A stretch of DNA of 64,000 nt. It comes from Candidatus Magasanikbacteria bacterium RIFCSPHIGHO2_01_FULL_41_23 (GTDB taxonomy: Bacteria > Patescibacteriota > Patescibacteriia > Magasanikbacterales > UBA922). The DNA lies in contig MFPT01000002.1 in the NCBI GenBank assembly GCA_001782805.1, positions 133,401 through 197,400 on the forward strand, written 5' to 3'. A program made the translations under genes and the position numbers. The notes beneath the pieces were generated by a model, which saw only the letters and a list, made by a program, of their open reading frames with translations, was not told where the DNA came from and ran no database searches. Positions 59,936 through 64,000 of this stretch are shown piece by piece. How positions within the stretch are numbered: position 1 is the first letter of the stretch; every line of letters begins with the position of its first letter.

Positions 59936-60029
59936 ATTATTTTTCGTGGTATAAAAATGCAGGACATCATGAAGGACGTTGGAACTATTTTACAGGATGC
60001 AAAGGGTTATATCTATATTCCGAATTTCG

Positions 60030-60572
60030 TTATACTCGCACAATAAACGGCTCAAGGTCGATAAGATTTAAAAGACGCGATTCGCTCACATGTTTCATCA
60101 CACCATAACTTGGCTGATGAGAAAACCCGATATATTCAACCTTTTTCTCCAAGTGCGTTATTTTTTGTATTGCTGGTATAAGATCAGTATCTGAAGAAAC
60201 GACAATAGCAACGTCATACAGATTTTCATACGCTCCGATAAGCATATCCGTTGCTATTTGCACGTCAACACCTTTTTCATGAACCTTCTCACCAGCCACG
60301 CGCATAAGATATCCTTTTTTTACCACAATATTCTGTGCTTTAGATGACAGGTGGTTGAACAACCGGATCTGAGAAAACCGTAATTTTTGTGCATACTCAT
60401 CATCCAATTTGGCGCGGACAACTCCCACGTAGTAGGTAACACCGACTATCTCTCTTTTTTGAGCCACCAAATTAGCCATCCCACGATAATGAAAAGAGAG
60501 AAGATTTTTGATCTCCAAAGATTTCAACTTGAAATACAAGTTGCTCCCATCGATAAATATTGCAACACGCAT
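60030..60572 (-). CDS. NYN domain (LabA/DUF88, PIN-like) protein
   Basis: FIDGSNLY, EKGVDV, SSDTDLIP. Confidence 0.92.
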   Translation of the reverse strand: MRVAIFIDGSNLYFKLKSLEIKNLLSFHYRGMANLVAQKREIVGVTYYVGVVRAKLDDEYAQKLRFSQIRLFNHLSSKAQNIVVKKGYLMRVAGEKVHEKGVDVQIATDMLIGAYENLYDVAIVVSSDTDLIPAIQKITHLEKKVEYIGFSHQPSYGVMKHVSESRLLNLIDLEPFIVRV

Positions 60573-60579
60573 ACAGGGT

Positions 60580-60670
60580 CAAAAAACAAAAACCCCACCG
60601 TGTCCCCTTTCGAGAAGCAGAGTGGGTGGTTTTAGTAAAGTCAGTATATCAAACATATCAGCGTTGTCAA
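60580..60670 (-). promoter_or_regulatory. Promoter plus leader terminator-like hairpin upstream of the NYN gene
   Basis: TTGACA-16 nt-TATACT, then AAAACCACCCAC...GTGGGGTTTT hairpin and U-tract 7 nt before the ATG. Confidence 0.6.
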
Positions 60671-60735
60671 ATGGTGTATATTTGCGGTCGATAACATAAA
60701 ATATGGTATTTGTTTTTTCATCTGTCATTACACGG

Positions 60736-60809
60736 TGGCAGGCGCGGTCGGAATCGGACCGACGACGGAGGTTTTGGAGACCCCAGTGATACCATTTCAC
60801 CACGCGCCC
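60736..60809 (-). tRNA. tRNA-Trp (CCA)
   Basis: Cloverleaf with acceptor GGGCGCG/CGCGCCT, anticodon loop CT-CCA-AA, encoded 3' CCA. Confidence 0.93.
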
Positions 60810-60933
60810 ATATTTTTTACCCTCCTCCAAAATATTTTGTGTAAACCAACGAAACTATAATACCCAAAAAATAAAAAAAAAACAAGCCTCAGTATCTTCC
60901 AAGGCCTGATAGAAAATCGCGAATAATTTATGG

Positions 60934-61773
60934 TTAATTTGGCGACTGAATGGTGGTAGATGGCGTTTCGGTTTTTTTATCATTGTCAAAACCGGAAACA
61001 ACCAAGTACATCAGAAGTAAAAACACCAATGTACTGATAAAACCAAAAGGCAATCCAAACCAAACCGCGGTCGTGGCAATTATGGTCGGCAAAGTTGTGG
61101 CATAAAAACCAGTCGCTAAAATTTCTTTATATGTCCACGCAAATTTCCGCACTCGCGCCACGATGTATACCACGCCCGTCAGGAATAAAAGCCCGATAAA
61201 TTTCCCGATAAGCAAAACAAAAACTCCAATCGCCAACAGTACGACACCAATCCAATGTCCATACGATCGAACTTTGGCGATTCCGTCTACAACATTGGCC
61301 TTGGTAAAGACCGTGTCATCAGGCAAACCCGCAAATGTTTCGGTTTGAGTGGTTTTATCTTCAGAATTATAAAAAGAAAAATAATCGCGCGTGATCAAAA
61401 TAATCGCGTCATGATCCGCATCTTTTTTTAGTGATTCAATTGATGGTGTTGAAGTACTTTCCGTATCAATCACTATCCGCACACTATCATCGCCAAATAA
61501 TTTATCCGCCACAAATGGCTGGGGGAAACCCGTAATTGCCAGTTTTTCATTCTTCCACGTAGCAGTGAAGTCGGGAGTATTTTTGACGATTTCAGTTTCA
61601 GCTGTTTCCAAAACTTTTGGAAGCGCAAAAAAAGCAAGTTGAATCAAACGTAAAGCAAAAATCAAAACCAAAAAAATAACCGCATAAGCGAATGCTCGAC
61701 CCAAACGGCCACGCTGTTCGCGAAGCCAAGCAACGTTAAACAAACTATTATAAAACGCGGTTAGAATCCACAT
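60934..61773 (-). CDS. DUF1189-like membrane protein
   Basis: N-terminal TM, soluble loop, three C-terminal TMs, YATTLP motif. Confidence 0.65.
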   Translation of the reverse strand: MWILTAFYNSLFNVAWLREQRGRLGRAFAYAVIFLVLIFALRLIQLAFFALPKVLETAETEIVKNTPDFTATWKNEKLAITGFPQPFVADKLFGDDSVRIVIDTESTSTPSIESLKKDADHDAIILITRDYFSFYNSEDKTTQTETFAGLPDDTVFTKANVVDGIAKVRSYGHWIGVVLLAIGVFVLLIGKFIGLLFLTGVVYIVARVRKFAWTYKEILATGFYATTLPTIIATTAVWFGLPFGFISTLVFLLLMYLVVSGFDNDKKTETPSTTIQSPN

Positions 61774-61776
61774 AGC

Positions 61777-61932
61777 TTATTTGGTTTCTTTATGCAAAGC
61801 ATGCTTTCGGCAATTTTTGCAAAACTTCTGTAGTTCCAAGCGATTCTTGAGCGTCTTTTTATTTTTACTCGAAAAATAATTAATGGTTTTGCATTCCGTG
61901 CACTCAAATTTGATCATGTTGTCTTGAGACAT
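61777..61932 (-). CDS. rpmG: 50S ribosomal protein L33 (zinc-binding type)
   Basis: [41 protein letters not shown]. Confidence 0.95.
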   Translation of the reverse strand: MSQDNMIKFECTECKTINYFSSKNKKTLKNRLELQKFCKNCRKHALHKETK

Positions 61933-62046
61933 ATTTCTAAAATAAAAACTAAAATTGAAATTGCAATCTCTACCACTAACTGCAATAGTGAATATGATAC
62001 CAAGTAGTCTGGAAAAAATCAAGAGGGAATGCTACGATACATGTCT

Positions 62047-62547
62047 ATGCGTACCACTAATCGAAAATCGGATAAATTTACCGGGCAAAAACAAGACCCG
62101 TTGATAACTGCCGAAAAAATCAAAGAACTCACGGAAAAATTGGCCGGAATGAAAACTAAAAGACCAATTCTTGCGGCTGAAGTGGGAAGATTGGCGGAAT
62201 TGGGCGATTTTTCGGAAAATGTGGAATACCAATTGGCCAAAGGAAAATTGCGCGGATTAAATAACGCGATTCTGGTTTTGGAAAATCAATTGACGCGAGC
62301 CGAAGTAATCATGACACCAAGCCAGACTGATCGTGTGGAAATTGGTCACAGCGTGACCGTTGAATGTAATAATAAACGCCAACAATATCACATTCTGGGA
62401 TCAACCGAAACCGATCCGAACCATGACGTCATTTCTTATAATTCCCCGATTGGCGCGGCATTGATTGGACACCGAGTGGGTGAAAAATTACTCGTTGTGA
62501 TCGCGAATAAAAAAGAAATGGAATATACGATTATTGAGATAAAATAA
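62047..62547 (+). CDS. greA: Transcription elongation factor GreA family
   Basis: GDFSENVEY, ISYNSPIGAALIG. Confidence 0.92.
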   Translation: MRTTNRKSDKFTGQKQDPLITAEKIKELTEKLAGMKTKRPILAAEVGRLAELGDFSENVEYQLAKGKLRGLNNAILVLENQLTRAEVIMTPSQTDRVEIGHSVTVECNNKRQQYHILGSTETDPNHDVISYNSPIGAALIGHRVGEKLLVVIANKKEMEYTIIEIK

Positions 62548-62657
62548 AAACAAAAAAAACACCATGCATATGATGTTTTTTTGTGGGAGCCGATCAGGAA
62601 AGATCGGCGGCTGGTGGGTAGAAAGAGCGACCGATAGCAGACAGCACCGAGTTGGTG

Positions 62658-63017
62658 CTACTCATCAAAGAGGTCATTGAACAAACCTTCTTTGAAAATT
62701 TCCTGTGTTTCGGGCAAGGCGAGGATTTGTTCCATCCCCATGATGTAGCCGCATTCTTTGGCGGCTTCGATGACATCAGGAGAACTCCGGTTGATCCGGT
62801 ACCTCGTTTTGTGTTCATGACTCGGCACGAGGGTGAGTCCACCTCTTTTGAAGGCTTGGTCAACGAACCAAAAAGCGTTGAGCTCAGGGAGTTCATGGAA
62901 TCCCGGAACGGCCTTGATCATGCCGAAGGTAATCCAATTGGCTTTCCAGTGAGCCTTCACCACCAAAGTAAGAGCCGCGAGATATTTCTCCGTGAATGTT
63001 TGTGGTCTATCTGACAT
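62658..63017 (-). CDS. Hypothetical protein (GC-rich orphan)
   Basis: SD AAGGAG before the ATG at 63017; 119 aa. Confidence 0.55.
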   Translation of the reverse strand: MSDRPQTFTEKYLAALTLVVKAHWKANWITFGMIKAVPGFHELPELNAFWFVDQAFKRGGLTLVPSHEHKTRYRINRSSPDVIEAAKECGYIMGMEQILALPETQEIFKEGLFNDLFDE

Positions 63018-63176
63018 CCTTCCACTCCTTAAAAGCCTGCCTTTTGGATTGTGAACTAAGGAGAAAAATAATGTACCACGTACCCCCCCCCGCGTCAAGA
63101 AAATATGCCTCAAAAAAATACAAAAAAACTGCTTTATTAAATGCAGTCTTTTTTTGTGAGCTATATATTTTTTATG

Positions 63177-63205
63177 TTGACATCTGTTTTTAATTTATAT
63201 ATAAT
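63177..63205 (+). promoter_or_regulatory. Consensus sigma70 promoter of the tRNA cluster
   Basis: TTGACA-17 nt-TATAAT. Confidence 0.88.
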
Positions 63206-63233
63206 CACCCCGCTTTATTAATTAAAAATTTAC

Positions 63234-63307
63234 GCGCGCCTAGCTCAGTTGGTTAGAGCATCTCGTTTACACCGAGAGGGTCGAGGGTTCGAATCCCCCG
63301 GCGCGCA
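63234..63307 (+). tRNA. tRNA-Val (TAC)
   Basis: Acceptor GCGCGCC/GGCGCGC; anticodon arm TCTCG-TT TAC AC-CGAGA; TTCGAAT. Confidence 0.96.
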
Positions 63308-63312
63308 CCCAG

Positions 63313-63385
63313 GCCGCCTTAGCTCAGCTGGTAGAGCAACAGTTTTGTAAACTGTGGGTCGTCGGTTCAAATCCGACAGGCGGCT
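63313..63385 (+). tRNA. tRNA-Thr (TGT)
   Basis: Acceptor GCCGCCT/AGGCGGC; ACAGT-TT TGT AA-ACTGT; TTCAAAT. Confidence 0.96.
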
Positions 63386-63386
63386 C

Positions 63387-63432
63387 CCCTCGGCAAGCTC
63401 GCTTGTGATGAGCCTGTCGAATCGGGGTAAAC
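63387..63432 (+). repeat. ~46-nt palindromic repeat element in the tRNA spacer
   Basis: CCCTCGGCAAGCTCGCTTGTGATGAGCCTGTCGAATCGGGGTAAAC, similar to 38062-38107. Confidence 0.7.
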
Positions 63433-63437
63433 AATAC

Positions 63438-63510
63438 GCCGTTGTAGCTCAGTTGGTAGAGCGCGTCCATGGTAAGGACGAGGTCACCAGTTCGATCCTG
63501 GTCAATGGCT
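63438..63510 (+). tRNA. tRNA-Thr (GGT)
   Basis: Acceptor GCCGTTG/CAATGGC; CGTCC-AT GGT AA-GGACG; TTCGATC. Confidence 0.96.
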
Positions 63511-63527
63511 CACATAAAACAAAAAAC

Positions 63528-63560
63528 AAATCCCCTGAACTGATTTCAAGGGATTTTTTT
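63528..63560. terminator. Terminator after the tRNA cluster
   Basis: AAATCCCCTGAA...TTCAAGGGATTTTTTT. Confidence 0.75.
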
Positions 63561-63583
63561 GTACTTTATTTAAACTGAAGCTA

Positions 63584-63808
63584 TTAGGCTGTTTTGCACG
63601 ATGGACATTTTTTGCACGAATCGCAAAAAAGCATGGCCACGGCCGAAAGACCGACGAGAGCGTAAACCGCGCGTTCCACCATTGGCCAACTGCCAAGAAG
63701 AGTGGTTACCAAGTTCCATTGGAAAAATCCAACGAGACCCCAATTGAGAGCGCCGACGAGTACCAATAGACAAGCGAGCTTATGGACACTGCACATTCCT
63801 TTCATCAT
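63584..63808 (-). CDS. DUF378 family small membrane protein
   Basis: LVLVGALNWGLVG..NLV..YALVGLSA. Confidence 0.9.
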   Translation of the reverse strand: MMKGMCSVHKLACLLVLVGALNWGLVGFFQWNLVTTLLGSWPMVERAVYALVGLSAVAMLFCDSCKKCPSCKTA

Positions 63809-63912
63809 ATATTAAAAAAATTAATGTAACTTAAGTAAATTTAGTATACCACACCAAAAAGACCAGACAAATCTGTATATGATATACTGTGGATAAGATT
63901 TTTTAACTCAAT

Positions 63913-64000
63913 ATGAAATTACTTAATTTACCGGCTCCGGAATTTACTCTCAAAGACCAAAATGGATACGAACATGGCCTAAAACAATACCAAGGAGAAT
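63913..64000 (+). CDS. Peroxiredoxin/Bcp-like redoxin, 5' fragment
   Basis: MKLLNLPAPEFTLKDQNG..L..YQG; runs off the window end. Confidence 0.7.
   Translation, partial: MKLLNLPAPEFTLKDQNGYEHGLKQYQGE

Noticed and set aside
60736-60809. Alternative genetic code (UGA recoding)
   Set aside because: tRNA-Trp has a CCA anticodon, core genes are uninterrupted under code 11, and TGA acts as a stop (for example uvrB, recJ, hrcA)
61933-62022. N-terminal extension of L33 in the ORF track
   Set aside because: L33 homology begins at MSQDN (61932); the extension spans the divergent promoter region
1-64000. Reverse transcriptase, integrase, transposase or cas genes
   Set aside because: No ORF shows RT (YxDD with flanking motifs), tyrosine or serine recombinase, DDE or Cas signatures

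Overview
AT-rich bacterial chromosome segment. Short intergenic gaps, core genes without Shine-Dalgarno motifs, compact HrcA/YidC/UvrA variants and many orphan secreted proteins suggest a Patescibacteria (CPR, Parcubacteria-like) genome; this taxonomy is inferred. Core genes: uvrA, uvrB, beta-CASP RNase, corA, murJ, lepA, recJ, RNase HI, hrcA-grpE-dnaK-dnaJ with a CIRCE operator, yidC-like, cca, uppP, metK, DEAD helicase, mutM, rpmG, greA and four tRNAs. Main accessory observations: (1) a ~13 kb surface-protein cluster (45.9-59.0 kb) that looks like an usher-less, sortase-less fibre assembly system, with a Ser/Thr-rich subunit, a 1254-aa paralogous adhesin, three paralogous membrane-anchored 'GISP' Ig-like proteins, its own signal peptidase I and a PMT-type glycosyltransferase; (2) two 123-bp repeats (9446-9568, 12083-12205) whose mismatches are almost all adenine-linked, at the 3' end of a CLec-like gene and of a broken paralog, consistent with diversity-generating retroelement targets whose RT and template repeat lie outside the window; (3) nested palindromic repeat families, including in-frame insertions in coding genes; (4) a structured metK leader; (5) a promoter-terminator-NYN nuclease unit; (6) scattered GC-rich orphan genes with strong SD motifs, including a class III cyclase; (7) trpA next to an Eco47II-like restriction-modification pair.
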